Assembly: GCA_963737155.1 (NCBI GenBank)
Contig: CAVTRN010000002.1
Location: 2,720,001 to 2,784,000, forward strand
Source: Nitrospirota bacterium
Lineage (GTDB): Bacteria; Nitrospirota; UBA9217
DNA: 64,000 nucleotides
Reading direction: 5' to 3'
A program made the translations under genes and the position numbers. Of this stretch, positions 39,056 to 49,051 are shown in pieces (within the stretch, counting starts at the first letter, position 1; every line of letters begins with the position of its first letter). The notes under the pieces were generated by a model that did not search any database, was not told the DNA's origin, and worked only from the letters and a program-made list of their open reading frames with translations.

Positions 39056-41266
39056 TCACGCAACTTTCACCCCAAGGTCCGAAATCCACGTTTTGCTGGG
39101 AGGAAGCGAGATGCGCCAGACAGGCATCACCATCGAACTTTGGTACACCCGTTCAAATCCCGCTTCGGACTGCGACACCGTTTCCACAGGAGCGCGCCAG
39201 AACGCCGCGGGTTCACTGAAGTCCATCGTGAGTCGAAGCCTCAGCCATTCATCGACAAGACTCACCTGCCGTACGTTATTCGTCTCACCCGTGGAAGCCA
39301 GGTTCTTTCTTTCCAGAGTGTGGCCTGGGATGTCGTAATAACGGTCATGGGCATTCCCCGCCAGCAGGGAGAAGTTGAACTCGCTACCGAAAGACGTATT
39401 TAGCTCTTCAGTGCTTCGGTTTTCAATCTCGTGACGAACAACAAAGCCCGGCGCGCTCCGGCGCAATGAGATTTTTTTCCTGAGTCTGACGGCGAGCCCC
39501 GCCACTGTGCCGTTTCGTTCGAGAGATACAGACACGCAGTTCGCCTGCTTCTTCTGACTGAAGCTGTAAGCGCCGAGGACAAAATCACCGGACTCGTAAT
39601 ACTCGGAACGCATGAAACCCGCTAGATCAACACCAGAACCGAGGAAGTGGTCGATCAGCGAGCCGCGAGTGTACCAGTCGTAGAGCAGATGGTGTTGGAG
39701 CCCTTCTTCCTTCATAGATACCCGTTCGTGGATAGTTTTGACGCCGCTTGTCTGCGCGCCGGCGGCAAGGTCCGTGACTGCCTGAAGAATTTTTTCGTGA
39801 TAACCCTCGCGTCTCCGAGTAAGCGTATTCGTGAGGTTGAATGAACGGGGCTTCCAGTCCAGCTCCGATATCATACCGCCTTTAGCCGGGTCAATGAAGA
39901 TGTTCAGAAGCTCGGAGTTGATCATGACCTCCTCGCTCCCGTCCCGGTCGAAGTCTCCTATCTCGATCTCGAGCCACGATACTGCCTTCGAATCCATTTT
40001 CCGGCTTCTGGCTTCCAGCTTCTTTCCCTCGCTCCTCAGCCCCTGACCCTTTAACACCCTGTCCGCCAATACCTCGGCCTGGATGATATGCTCATACACA
40101 GCGGACCGTAGGTGGGGCAGATAGAGCCCGCCAAAGACGCCATGCCAGTACGCGTCGTTGCATTGAGACTGGTACAGGTGGTCGACCATGCGCGAAGCAT
40201 CGGCGCTTCTTCCGTCCCTTTGCTCCGCAAGCCCGTCGAGCGCTTCGTGAACCTTGCTGCTCACCATCAGCATACGCTTGTGCATATGGTTGCTCTCGGA
40301 ATATTTGGCAAGAAAGTTTCTCCAGATGCCGCCTTTGATGAAGGGCTGGAGCGAGCCGAAATCCGGGGAGCTCTTTGTTTTTGCGAGCGCCTCGTCGTAT
40401 TCCTTCATGGCGCGTGTCGGCAGCGACCATTCGCCCATTTCCATATAGGATGAAGTCGGAAGATAGATCCTTCCGCGGGCCGGCTCATGGGCGCAGAATT
40501 CCGCGAAAGTCGACGTCTCGAGCCATTCTCCGTTCTGCTCAATGAGCGTAAAAAAACGGTCAAGCCAGCCTTCTTCATACACTGTGTGAAAGGTCTCAGG
40601 CCAGACCCCGAATTTTTCCCCATCATCAGCCATTACGGCCAGACGGCTTCGCTCTGATGAGCGGAGACCGGCGAGGTACTCAATTGTTTGCTCAGGAGGA
40701 TGAAAGGGCATCAGGTACCGAAGCTTTTCGCTCCCCGAAAACATGCGGAGAACGCCGCCCAGCTCTTCCGTCAGGTAGTAGCCGTCGAGTTCGTCATCGT
40801 GCAGTCCGGCCATTTTAAAATGGGAATCGTCGACAACCACATGGTTGATGCCAGCTTCGCTGATTGGTTTGGCGAGATGGGGCTCCCAGACCCGCTCGGC
40901 AAGCCACATTCCATGGGCATCGTAGCCAATCTTTTCTCTGATGAAGTCCGTAAGTGCGCGGATCTGACCCGCCTTGTCGTCATCGGGCAGCACAGCGAGA
41001 ATTGGTTCGTAAAACCCGCCGGAAAGGATCTCCGTTCGGCCTTCCTTCCCCAGTTTCCTCAATAGCTCGATGAATTCCGGATGGCGCTCTTCGAAAAATC
41101 GGAAGAGAACACCGGTATAATGCAGCGTAATCTTGATTCTCGGATGGCGCTCTAGCACCTTAACGAAAGGCAGATAGGACTTCTGATATGCGTCCTCTGC
41201 AACAAACTCGAAATTGCCGACCGGCTGGTGATTGTGAATGGCGAAGATGAATTGGACTTTCGGCAT
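39056..41266 (-). CDS. GH57 alpha-amylase/4-alpha-glucanotransferase
   Basis: HNHQPVGN, GFYEPIL, WLAERVWEP, DDGEKFG, QCNDAYWHG. Confidence 0.93.
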   Translation of the reverse strand: MPKVQFIFAIHNHQPVGNFEFVAEDAYQKSYLPFVKVLERHPRIKITLHYTGVLFRFFEERHPEFIELLRKLGKEGRTEILSGGFYEPILAVLPDDDKAGQIRALTDFIREKIGYDAHGMWLAERVWEPHLAKPISEAGINHVVVDDSHFKMAGLHDDELDGYYLTEELGGVLRMFSGSEKLRYLMPFHPPEQTIEYLAGLRSSERSRLAVMADDGEKFGVWPETFHTVYEEGWLDRFFTLIEQNGEWLETSTFAEFCAHEPARGRIYLPTSSYMEMGEWSLPTRAMKEYDEALAKTKSSPDFGSLQPFIKGGIWRNFLAKYSESNHMHKRMLMVSSKVHEALDGLAEQRDGRSADASRMVDHLYQSQCNDAYWHGVFGGLYLPHLRSAVYEHIIQAEVLADRVLKGQGLRSEGKKLEARSRKMDSKAVSWLEIEIGDFDRDGSEEVMINSELLNIFIDPAKGGMISELDWKPRSFNLTNTLTRRREGYHEKILQAVTDLAAGAQTSGVKTIHERVSMKEEGLQHHLLYDWYTRGSLIDHFLGSGVDLAGFMRSEYYESGDFVLGAYSFSQKKQANCVSVSLERNGTVAGLAVRLRKKISLRRSAPGFVVRHEIENRSTEELNTSFGSEFNFSLLAGNAHDRYYDIPGHTLERKNLASTGETNNVRQVSLVDEWLRLRLTMDFSEPAAFWRAPVETVSQSEAGFERVYQSSMVMPVWRISLPPSKTWISDLGVKVA

Positions 41267-41331
41267 CTCTCTCTTTGTGATCCTACGTTTCCTAAATGTT
41301 GCGAAACCATGCGATAAGAATACAATTTAAA

Positions 41332-41360
41332 ATATTAGCCCCACGGGGCAAAAAAGTCAA
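41332..41360 (-). promoter_or_regulatory. Sigma70-type promoter of the GH57 operon
   Basis: TTGACT-N17-TAATAT on the minus strand. Confidence 0.45.
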
Positions 41361-41714
41361 CTAAAAACAGGGAAATAACAATAATTAAGACGGAGAAAAT
41401 GCTCATCTGATCACGCCACGGTCATGGGCGAGAGGTTATTGCACCGTTCTCCTCTTTCGACAAGGATGAACGCTGAAAAAGCAACGGAATGTCGGAAATT
41501 TTTGACTGGCGCGGCTGATATGATTGGCCATGCGCGTCGGCTTTGCAAAAACTAGCGTATCAGGGAATTAAGCAAAAGAATCGTGCCATCGGTAGCTAAT
41601 AATGCCTTGTCGATGACAGACTTGTTTGCAGATATGTCGCTTTAACAGATTCAATCATTTTTCGAGGAGTTGCGTGAAATCCTATGCTACGCGTTTGTCA
41701 ATGCCTCCCCGGTT

Positions 41715-42446
41715 TCATGCCGCCTTTTTTACCATCATGCCCGCAAGGATGAAGAACATCACAGTATATGCCGCAAGCACTGCCGTTGAAACCACGGCCA
41801 GACTGCCGCCCGATGCAAGCGTGCGAAGCAGCAGGCTTGCGTGCGTCAGGGGATAGACCAGGATGAGGCTTTTGAAAGGTTCGGGTAGCCTGTCAGGAGC
41901 AAAAAACGTTCCTGCCAGAAACGACATGGGAATAATGAAAAAGCTGTTGAAATTCGACATGTCCTCGTGCGAGCGGGCGATCATGGCGGCGGCCACGCCC
42001 GCGGCCCCGAAGCAGAACGCGGTAAGCGCGAGAATGACAAAAAAATTTAACGACATATATAGCTGAATGCCAGTGACCAGTCCAACGAGCAAGAGCATGA
42101 ATGCCGAAAACATGCCGCGCACGAGTCCCGTGAGGGCTCTGCCGAGCGCGATGTCCCAGTGGTTCACCGGAGAGACAAGGACCTCCTCGATCGTCTTGGT
42201 GTATAGCTTGCTGATGTTGAGCGACGTCGAGACCGGACCGAAACTGTTGTTCATGGCTGAAAGCGCCAGAATACCAGGAAGAACAAAATTCAGGTAATGG
42301 CCTCCACTCACGTTCATCCCACGCCCCAGTCCCCAGCCGAAGGTCACGAGGTAAAGAACGGGCATGACCAGGCTCGACGCAAGAAAACGCCAGGGTTTCT
42401 TACGGATGATCATCATCTCTTTCCAGAAAATAGGGTAAAAATTCAT
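41715..42446 (-). CDS. ABC-2 type transporter permease
   Basis: YLNFVLPGILA, EEVLVSPV, FLAGTFF, YPLTH; six-TM pattern. Confidence 0.9.
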   Translation of the reverse strand: MNFYPIFWKEMMIIRKKPWRFLASSLVMPVLYLVTFGWGLGRGMNVSGGHYLNFVLPGILALSAMNNSFGPVSTSLNISKLYTKTIEEVLVSPVNHWDIALGRALTGLVRGMFSAFMLLLVGLVTGIQLYMSLNFFVILALTAFCFGAAGVAAAMIARSHEDMSNFNSFFIIPMSFLAGTFFAPDRLPEPFKSLILVYPLTHASLLLRTLASGGSLAVVSTAVLAAYTVMFFILAGMMVKKAA

Positions 42447-42555
42447 AAAAAGCCTCAATCAATTCACCGCAGCAAGCTACAGGGAATTGCAAGTTTAACC
42501 AGGATATAAACGTAAAAGATCATGAGAAAATCGTATTTTATTATCCTTCTGCGCC

Positions 42556-42592
42556 GGAAATCCCCGTCTCTTCAGGGCGGGGAAGATGTCAA
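42556..42592 (+). mobile_element. IS200/IS605-family right-end hairpin remnant
   Basis: GGAAATCCCCGTCTCTTCAGGGCGGGGAAGATGTCAA resembles the subterminal hairpin and TCAA end of tnpB elements (translates SPSLQGGEDVN). Confidence 0.55.
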
Positions 42593-42628
42593 CCGTGTCC
42601 AGCCATGTTCATCCGTGGTACTGATATT

Positions 42629-43480
42629 TTACGCTTCAATCCTTTCTCCCGTCATGCTGATAAAAACATCCTCCAACGTAACATCACGAACAACGATGTC
42701 CGAGCAGAGATCGCGACCTGCTTCGATCGCTGTTTCCCGTGTCTGGAAGAACTGACGAGGAACATCATATCTGCCGAGACACTCAACGGCGAATTTCCCG
42801 ATACCGTCCTTGAGAGTGGCCGGTCTGCCGAGCGCAATGATCTTTCCCGAGCGCATGATGGCAACCCGATCGCAGAGCGCATCGGCCTCCTCAATATAGT
42901 GCGTCGTCAGCAGAATTGTTATGCCGCTCCGCTTGAGCGATTCAATAACCCCCCAGATCATCCTCCTCGCCTGTGGGTCCAAACCCACCGTGGGTTCATC
43001 CATGAAGACCACTTGCGGTCGATGCATAAGCCCCCGCGCGATCAGAAGCCTTCTGCGCATGCCGCCGGAAAGGTGTTCGACGGGAGCATTCCTCTTCTCC
43101 CATAGCCCGATGAATCGGAGAAGTTCCTCGGTCCTCGCTGCGCGATCTTCCGGCTGCATCTTGTGGAGTCTTCCGTGGTATTCGAGGTTTTCCGCACAGG
43201 TGAGATCGATATCGAGGTTCAGCATCTGCGGCACGACTCCAATGGATCGTTTGACGCTCAGCGGCTCTGTCGTCGCATCATGACCGGCCACATAAACAGA
43301 CCCCGATGTTGGCGAGGATAGCGTAGTCAGCATGCGGATCGTCGTCGTTTTGCCTGCGCCGTTCGGGCCGAGGAGGCCGAAAATCTCGCCTTTGGCAACG
43401 CTCAAACTGATGGACTGCACGGCACCTAGGTCCCCGAAATATTTCGTGAGATTGACGGTTTCTATCATGGGAAAAGTCAT
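42629..43480 (-). CDS. ABC transporter ATP-binding protein (DrrA/NodI-like)
   Basis: GPNGAGKTT, LSGGMRRR, DEPTVGLDP, TTHYIEEA. Confidence 0.93.
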   Translation of the reverse strand: MTFPMIETVNLTKYFGDLGAVQSISLSVAKGEIFGLLGPNGAGKTTTIRMLTTLSSPTSGSVYVAGHDATTEPLSVKRSIGVVPQMLNLDIDLTCAENLEYHGRLHKMQPEDRAARTEELLRFIGLWEKRNAPVEHLSGGMRRRLLIARGLMHRPQVVFMDEPTVGLDPQARRMIWGVIESLKRSGITILLTTHYIEEADALCDRVAIMRSGKIIALGRPATLKDGIGKFAVECLGRYDVPRQFFQTRETAIEAGRDLCSDIVVRDVTLEDVFISMTGERIEA

Positions 43481-43490
43481 GGTTCCCTCA

Positions 43491-44873
43491 TCAGTCTTCG
43501 ATTTCAATACCCAGTGCCTTGATTTTCCTATGCAGGTTGCTGCGTTCCACACCGATGGCATCGGCGGTCCTGCTTACGTTGCCTCCGAATTCCCGAAGCT
43601 TCTGTGCAATAAACTCCCGCTCGAATTCGGCTCGCGCGTCCTTGAACGTAGAAAGATGTGATGGTATCCGCATGGTTAAACCCGTGCTATGGTATCCATC
43701 GCCGACGACAATGCCGACTGGCGGCGGCACATCCTGGGCCGTGAGAACCGAGCCGGGTACCATGATGATCAGCCGTTCTATGAAATTTCGGAGTTCTCGT
43801 ACATTTCCCGGCCAGGAATAGTTGACGAAAAGCTTAAGCACCTCCTCTTCAATCGTCTTGGCCTTCTGCCCGTACTCGCCCGAATACTCCCGCAGAAAAT
43901 AACGTACTAGACGCGGGATGTCATCAATGCGTTCCCGAAGCGGCGGTACTTCAAGAGGTATCACATTCAGCCGATAGAAGAGGTCCTGGCGGAATGCGCC
44001 ATTCCTGATCTCGTCAAGCAAATTCTTGTTCGACGCAGCAATCACGCGCACATCGGACTTCAGCGTCCTCGTGCCTCCCACGCGCTGGAACTCCTGGCCT
44101 TCGAGTATTCTCAGAACCTTGGCCTGCGTGGCCAGGCTCATGTCCGCAATCTCGTCAAGGAAGATGGTGCCGCCGTGGGCAAGCTCGAATTTCCCGCGTT
44201 TCATGCCCGTCGCGCCGGTGAATGAGCCCTTTTCGTGGCCGAAGAGTTCGCTTTCGATCAGCTCCTGCGGTATGGCCGCACAATTGACCTCCACGAAGGG
44301 GCCGTTCGCGCGCCTACTCGCCCGGTGAATGGCCCTGGCAACGAGTTCTTTGCCCGTCCCGCTCTCGCCGTGGATAAGCACCCACCCATTTGTCGGCCCG
44401 GCAAGCGCGATCTGCTGCTTGAGTGCCTGGATTTTACTGCTCTCTCCCACGATCTCGCTCCGCCGTTCGATACTCCGCCGAAGCGATTCGTTTTCCTCGC
44501 GGAGTCGTGATTCCTCTATCCCATGTTTCACAACAAGCGTGAGGTGCTGTAGCTCAGGCGGCTTTACGATGAAGTCATAGGCACCCATTTTCGTGGTCTT
44601 GACCGCCGTCTCGATAGTGCCGTGGCCCGTTACCATGATGACCGGCAAATCTGGCCTGATCTCCCGTATCCGTCGCAGCGTCTCAATCCCGTCAAGTTCA
44701 GGCATTGCTATGTCGAGAAGCGCCAGCAAGGGCTGGGATTCACTGAGTGCATCGATTCCCTCTTTGCCCGAAGCTGCAGTCACGACCTCATAGCCTTCAT
44801 CGCGCATAACATCGGCAAGGCTCTTTCGGACACTTTCTTCATCATCGACAATGAGTATGGTTTCGCCTGACAT
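43491..44873 (-). CDS. Sigma54-type response regulator, NtrX-like
   Basis: REC, AAA+ (GESGTGKE, GSFTGA, DEIADM) and HTH (ERSNLHRKIK). Confidence 0.92.
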   Translation of the reverse strand: MSGETILIVDDEESVRKSLADVMRDEGYEVVTAASGKEGIDALSESQPLLALLDIAMPELDGIETLRRIREIRPDLPVIMVTGHGTIETAVKTTKMGAYDFIVKPPELQHLTLVVKHGIEESRLREENESLRRSIERRSEIVGESSKIQALKQQIALAGPTNGWVLIHGESGTGKELVARAIHRASRRANGPFVEVNCAAIPQELIESELFGHEKGSFTGATGMKRGKFELAHGGTIFLDEIADMSLATQAKVLRILEGQEFQRVGGTRTLKSDVRVIAASNKNLLDEIRNGAFRQDLFYRLNVIPLEVPPLRERIDDIPRLVRYFLREYSGEYGQKAKTIEEEVLKLFVNYSWPGNVRELRNFIERLIIMVPGSVLTAQDVPPPVGIVVGDGYHSTGLTMRIPSHLSTFKDARAEFEREFIAQKLREFGGNVSRTADAIGVERSNLHRKIKALGIEIED

Positions 44874-44899
44874 GCTTCAACCCCTGTTCTCAATCCGGA

Positions 44900-46021
44900 T
44901 TATTTCTTCAAGCCCTTTGCCATCCGGGCAATGACTTCATCAATCTCGTCATTCGTCGTCTCTCTGCCAAGGCTGAATCGGATTGCACCCCGCGCGAGGT
45001 CACGGTCAACGCCCATCGCGACGAGCACATGAGACGGCTCAACAAGATCTCCGTGGCATGCAGCGCCGGGAGAGACTGCTACGCCTTTGAGTGTTTCCAT
45101 GATCGAAATGGCATCAAATCCCTCAAAGCTGATGTTCCAGGTATTGGGAAGCTTTTTCTCCGGATGGCCGTTCAGATGCACCTTAAGACCGGCCTGCTTC
45201 AAACCCTGGTAGAGGTTCCTCCCGAGTTGGACCTGCCGGGCTCCCTCGCTCTCAATTATAGGCGCCGCCATCATGGCAGCCTCGCCGAGACCCGCGATAA
45301 AGGCGGCATTCTCTGTGCCGGGGCGAAACCCGCGTTCGTGTCCGGCCCCATGCAGCAGCGGCGGAAGTTTTCTTCCATTTTTTATGTAGAGAGCTCCTAT
45401 GCCCTTCGGCGCATAGAACTTGTGACCGGCAACAGTCAGAAAGTCCACACCCAGATCATCAACCTGCACGCGCACCTTGCCCACGCTCTGCGCTGCATCG
45501 GTATGGAAGGGAACACCATGTGATGCCGCAATCCGCGAGAGTTCCCTGATGTCCTGGATCGTTCCAACCTCGTTATTCGAGTGCATGATCGTCACCATCG
45601 CAGTGTCCGCTGTGACGGCCTTTTCGAGATCACCCGGGTCCACCATGCCGAACCGATCTACAGGCAGATAGGTCACGCGATACCCGAAGCGCTCAACGAG
45701 TCGGCAAGGCTCCAGAACCGCGGGATGCTCTATCCGTGACGTAATAAAATGCTTCCCTTTTCCAGCGGCCTTAGCGATCCCCTTGATCACCATGTTGTTC
45801 GACTCTGTTGCGCCACTTGTGAAAATGATCTCCGAAGGCTCACATCCCAGCAGGATCGCCAGCTGTTCGCGCGCTTTCTCGATCCCGGCCCGGCAGGCGA
45901 CACCGAAGTCGTGGCTTGAGGACGGGTTCCCGTACTTTTCCCGGAGGAAGGGTAGCATCTCTTCGAACACCTGAGTAGCCACAGGCGTGCTTGCGTTGTA
46001 ATCAAGATAGATTGGTTTCAT
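44900..46021 (-). CDS. Cysteine desulfurase family protein (NifS/IscS-like)
   Basis: IYLDYNASTP, HTDAAQ, GHKFYAPKG, SPGAACH. Confidence 0.9.
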   Translation of the reverse strand: MKPIYLDYNASTPVATQVFEEMLPFLREKYGNPSSSHDFGVACRAGIEKAREQLAILLGCEPSEIIFTSGATESNNMVIKGIAKAAGKGKHFITSRIEHPAVLEPCRLVERFGYRVTYLPVDRFGMVDPGDLEKAVTADTAMVTIMHSNNEVGTIQDIRELSRIAASHGVPFHTDAAQSVGKVRVQVDDLGVDFLTVAGHKFYAPKGIGALYIKNGRKLPPLLHGAGHERGFRPGTENAAFIAGLGEAAMMAAPIIESEGARQVQLGRNLYQGLKQAGLKVHLNGHPEKKLPNTWNISFEGFDAISIMETLKGVAVSPGAACHGDLVEPSHVLVAMGVDRDLARGAIRFSLGRETTNDEIDEVIARMAKGLKK

Positions 46022-46035
46022 GCTTGTCCCGAAAA

Positions 46036-46650
46036 TCAAGAAACAATCTTATTCAATAAGGTAGTTTCAAAAAAATACTCAAGCAGGTTCATTACACCGA
46101 GAATAATCGACGCTGAAAGAAACGACACGATAGCACACCCTACCGCCTGTTTTCTCCCAGTAGCCGCGAGGCCGATGATTCCGAGGTAGACGAGATAGAT
46201 ACTGTAAAGGATCGCAGCATAAACGATCCAGTTCATCCCCGCGTTATCAGCAAAAAGGCCTGCCATAAATAGCGGGGTGAAGGAGTATGCAGCGATTTTT
46301 AAACCCTGGATACCGTCCCATCGTGCTTCAGAAGCCTTGACAACTGCCGTAATAATCACTCCGGTTATCACGACATTGATGATTGAGATGCCGTACCACA
46401 GTAAATTCGGCAGGAGAAGACATCTAAGAAAGGTAAGGATACCTGGCTTCGCCGTGGTTCTGCTGAAAACGATGCCGTCTATGGCAGCCGCTGCCGGCGG
46501 AATCGCGGCAATGATGGCGACATAGCGGAAAATGACGTCCGAATACGTTTTAGGCTCGTCCCTGATCTCCAGCCATTCATTCCGAGGACGGGTAAAGATA
46601 TTCCACACCCGGGTCAGAAACACTTTGATGAATTCTTTTCCTGCATGCAT
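46036..46650 (-). CDS. Yip1-domain membrane protein
   Basis: NIFTRPRNEW..I..E, AAYSFTP, LYSIYLVYLG; five TMs. Confidence 0.75.
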   Translation of the reverse strand: MHAGKEFIKVFLTRVWNIFTRPRNEWLEIRDEPKTYSDVIFRYVAIIAAIPPAAAAIDGIVFSRTTAKPGILTFLRCLLLPNLLWYGISIINVVITGVIITAVVKASEARWDGIQGLKIAAYSFTPLFMAGLFADNAGMNWIVYAAILYSIYLVYLGIIGLAATGRKQAVGCAIVSFLSASIILGVMNLLEYFFETTLLNKIVS

Positions 46651-46654
46651 GCTC

Positions 46655-47590
46655 TTATGCGCCGATCTTCCGCTCGAACACGCCTGTCGTCAGATAGCGT
46701 TCACCGCCATCGGGGAACACAACTACGACTCGTTTGCCCTTACCCAACCGAGCGGCAACTTGAAGCGCCGCCCAGCATGCCGCTCCAGATGATATCCCTA
46801 CAAGAAGGCCTTCCTCTCGGGCGAGCCGCCTGGTCGTCTCAGCAGCCTGTTCGTTTGCAACGGGGATAACCTCATTGTACACGCTAGTGTTCAGAATCTT
46901 CGGCACAAATCCGGCACCAAGACCGGGAATCTTGTGGACACCGGATTTTCCGCCCGAAAGCACCGGCGAGGCAGCCGGCTCCACAGCAAAGATCTTTATG
47001 TCTTTGAACTTCTTCCTAAGCGTTTCACCCACACCGGTGATAGTCCCACCGGTACCCACACCGGCGACGAAAGCGCTGATGCGCTTCCCACCCATAAATT
47101 TTAGAATTTCCTTTGCTGTTGTCCTGCGATGGACCATGGAATTCGCGGGGTTCGCAAACTGCTGTGGCATAAAATATTCTTTGCTCGATGCGACGATCTC
47201 CTCCGCCCGGTCAATGGCTCCCTGCATGCCTTTGTCCCCGGCGGTCAAGACCAGTTCCGCACCGTATGCCTGGAGTAGCTGCCGACGCTCGACGGTCATG
47301 GTCTCGGGCATAGTCAGGACAATGGGATATCCCTTGACCGCAGCTACCATGGCGAGACCGATTCCTGTATTGCCGCTCGTAGGCTCCACAATCTTCATCC
47401 CCTTTTGAAGCTTTCCCTTCTGCTCCGCGTCCGCGATCATGGCGACGGCGGGCCGATCCTTCACACTTCCACCAGGATTGAACCCTTCTAGCTTCGCCCA
47501 GATATCCGCATAGCCCGCACCCACAATGCTGGACAGCTTTACCATAGGTGTGTTCCCAATCAGATCGAGTATGGTTTTTATCTTGGACAT
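46655..47590 (-). CDS. cysK: Cysteine synthase A
   Basis: IGNTPMV, NPGGSVKDR, EPTSGNTG, GVGTGGT, DGGERYL. Confidence 0.95.
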   Translation of the reverse strand: MSKIKTILDLIGNTPMVKLSSIVGAGYADIWAKLEGFNPGGSVKDRPAVAMIADAEQKGKLQKGMKIVEPTSGNTGIGLAMVAAVKGYPIVLTMPETMTVERRQLLQAYGAELVLTAGDKGMQGAIDRAEEIVASSKEYFMPQQFANPANSMVHRRTTAKEILKFMGGKRISAFVAGVGTGGTITGVGETLRKKFKDIKIFAVEPAASPVLSGGKSGVHKIPGLGAGFVPKILNTSVYNEVIPVANEQAAETTRRLAREEGLLVGISSGAACWAALQVAARLGKGKRVVVVFPDGGERYLTTGVFERKIGA

Positions 47591-47620
47591 GAGAAGCTCC
47601 TTTGCCCGACAATGCCCGTT

Positions 47621-48712
47621 TTACTCGCAGCCAGCGTGTGTCTTTACTCCTATGTCGTTATGCATACAGTTCCGGACAGCACACAGGACGTCCTCAACTG
47701 CCAACACAGCGCCACCCGGCCTTCCGTAAAACGAGACAGGCGCCTTGCCGTTCACCGCCAGCCGCACGTCCTCCACCATCTGCCCCATGTTCATTTCAAC
47801 CACGAGTATCCGCGGCGCCTGTTCCGCAATCTTCGAAATAACCTTTTCGGGAAAAGGAAATAGCGTGATCGGCCGGACAAGACCGGCCTTAATCCCCTCA
47901 GCCCGAGCGAGCGTTATAACGCTTTTGGCTATACGCGCTGACGTACCGAAGGCCACCAGAACAATCTCGGCATCATGGGTCAGCGAGGTTTCGCAGAGCA
48001 CTTCCCGGGCGGCCATTTGGTCGTACTTGGCCTTCAAAAGATAGTTCCGCTGCTCCAAGGCCCCGTCCTCCCCCGGCAGCATGAAAAGCGATCGGATAAC
48101 ATGGCCCGGTCTACCCTTTGCCCCTGTGAGGGCCCAGGATTTGTCCACCAGCCTATGTTCGATCTCTGGAAATTCCACTGGCTCCATCATCTGCCCCAGC
48201 ACACCGTCACCAAGTATCATCACGGGATTGCAATACTCATCAGCCTTGTCAAAAGCTTTCACGGTCAGATCAACGATTTCCTGGATCGTAGACGGCGCGT
48301 AGACCAGAAGTTTATAATCGCCATGGCCGCCGCCTTTGACCGCCTGGAAATAATCAGCCTGCGATGGCGCAATGTTTCCGAGTCCGGGACCGCCGCGTTG
48401 CATATTGACAATTACCGCCGGTAGTTCCGACGCCGCCATGAACGACAGAGCTTCCTGCATAAGACTGATGCCAGGACTGGACGACGAGGTCATGGCCCGC
48501 TCTCCTACTGCAGCAGCGCCATAGACCATGTTGATGGCAGCGATTTCGCTCTCTGCCTGGATAAAGGTTCCGCCTATTTCAGGCAAACGACGGGACATGA
48601 ATTCGGGAATTTCGTTCTGAGGGGTTATGGGATACCCGAAGTACCGTCTGCACCCGGCGCGGACAGCCGCCTCCGCAAGCGCTTCATTACCCGTTATCAA
48701 AACTTTGGCCAT
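47621..48712 (-). CDS. vorB: 2-oxoacid:ferredoxin oxidoreductase alpha subunit (VorB-like)
   Basis: GNEALAE, GYPITPQ, QAESE, SSSSPG, QRGGPGLG, KGGGHGD. Confidence 0.88.
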   Translation of the reverse strand: MAKVLITGNEALAEAAVRAGCRRYFGYPITPQNEIPEFMSRRLPEIGGTFIQAESEIAAINMVYGAAAVGERAMTSSSSPGISLMQEALSFMAASELPAVIVNMQRGGPGLGNIAPSQADYFQAVKGGGHGDYKLLVYAPSTIQEIVDLTVKAFDKADEYCNPVMILGDGVLGQMMEPVEFPEIEHRLVDKSWALTGAKGRPGHVIRSLFMLPGEDGALEQRNYLLKAKYDQMAAREVLCETSLTHDAEIVLVAFGTSARIAKSVITLARAEGIKAGLVRPITLFPFPEKVISKIAEQAPRILVVEMNMGQMVEDVRLAVNGKAPVSFYGRPGGAVLAVEDVLCAVRNCMHNDIGVKTHAGCE

Positions 48713-48774
48713 GATCCATCACCCTATAAAATTTGGAATCCAGCGTTATGAAGATCGGGGTACACCGGACATCC

Positions 48775-48981
48775 CTACTTCCACACTTCTATCGCCACAT
48801 CGGGGCACATCTCGGCGCAAAGCGCGCAGCCCGTACAGGTCCCCTCTTCATCGCAATATTCGACGGCGTAGTATCCGCTCTTATTGAACTGCGTGCCAAT
48901 TTTTAGCAGCTTTTTCGTGCAGGCTGTGGTGCAGAGTGCGCAGCCTTTGCAATATTCTATATCGATAACTACCTTGCCCAT
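48775..48981 (-). CDS. 2x[4Fe-4S] ferredoxin (oxidoreductase delta subunit)
   Basis: CKGCALCTTAC and CTGCALCAEMCP; GAGGGG RBS. Confidence 0.92.
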   Translation of the reverse strand: MGKVVIDIEYCKGCALCTTACTKKLLKIGTQFNKSGYYAVEYCDEEGTCTGCALCAEMCPDVAIEVWK

Positions 48982-49051
48982 GAACCCCTCACTTGAGCAG
49001 CGGGCACGGAACATGGAGAAAAATCTGCTAAACCAGCTCTCGCGCTCTGTT

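Noticed and set aside
41573-41589. Sigma54-like TGGCACGATTCTTTTGC on the minus strand
   Set aside because: GG-GC spacing is 14 rather than 12.
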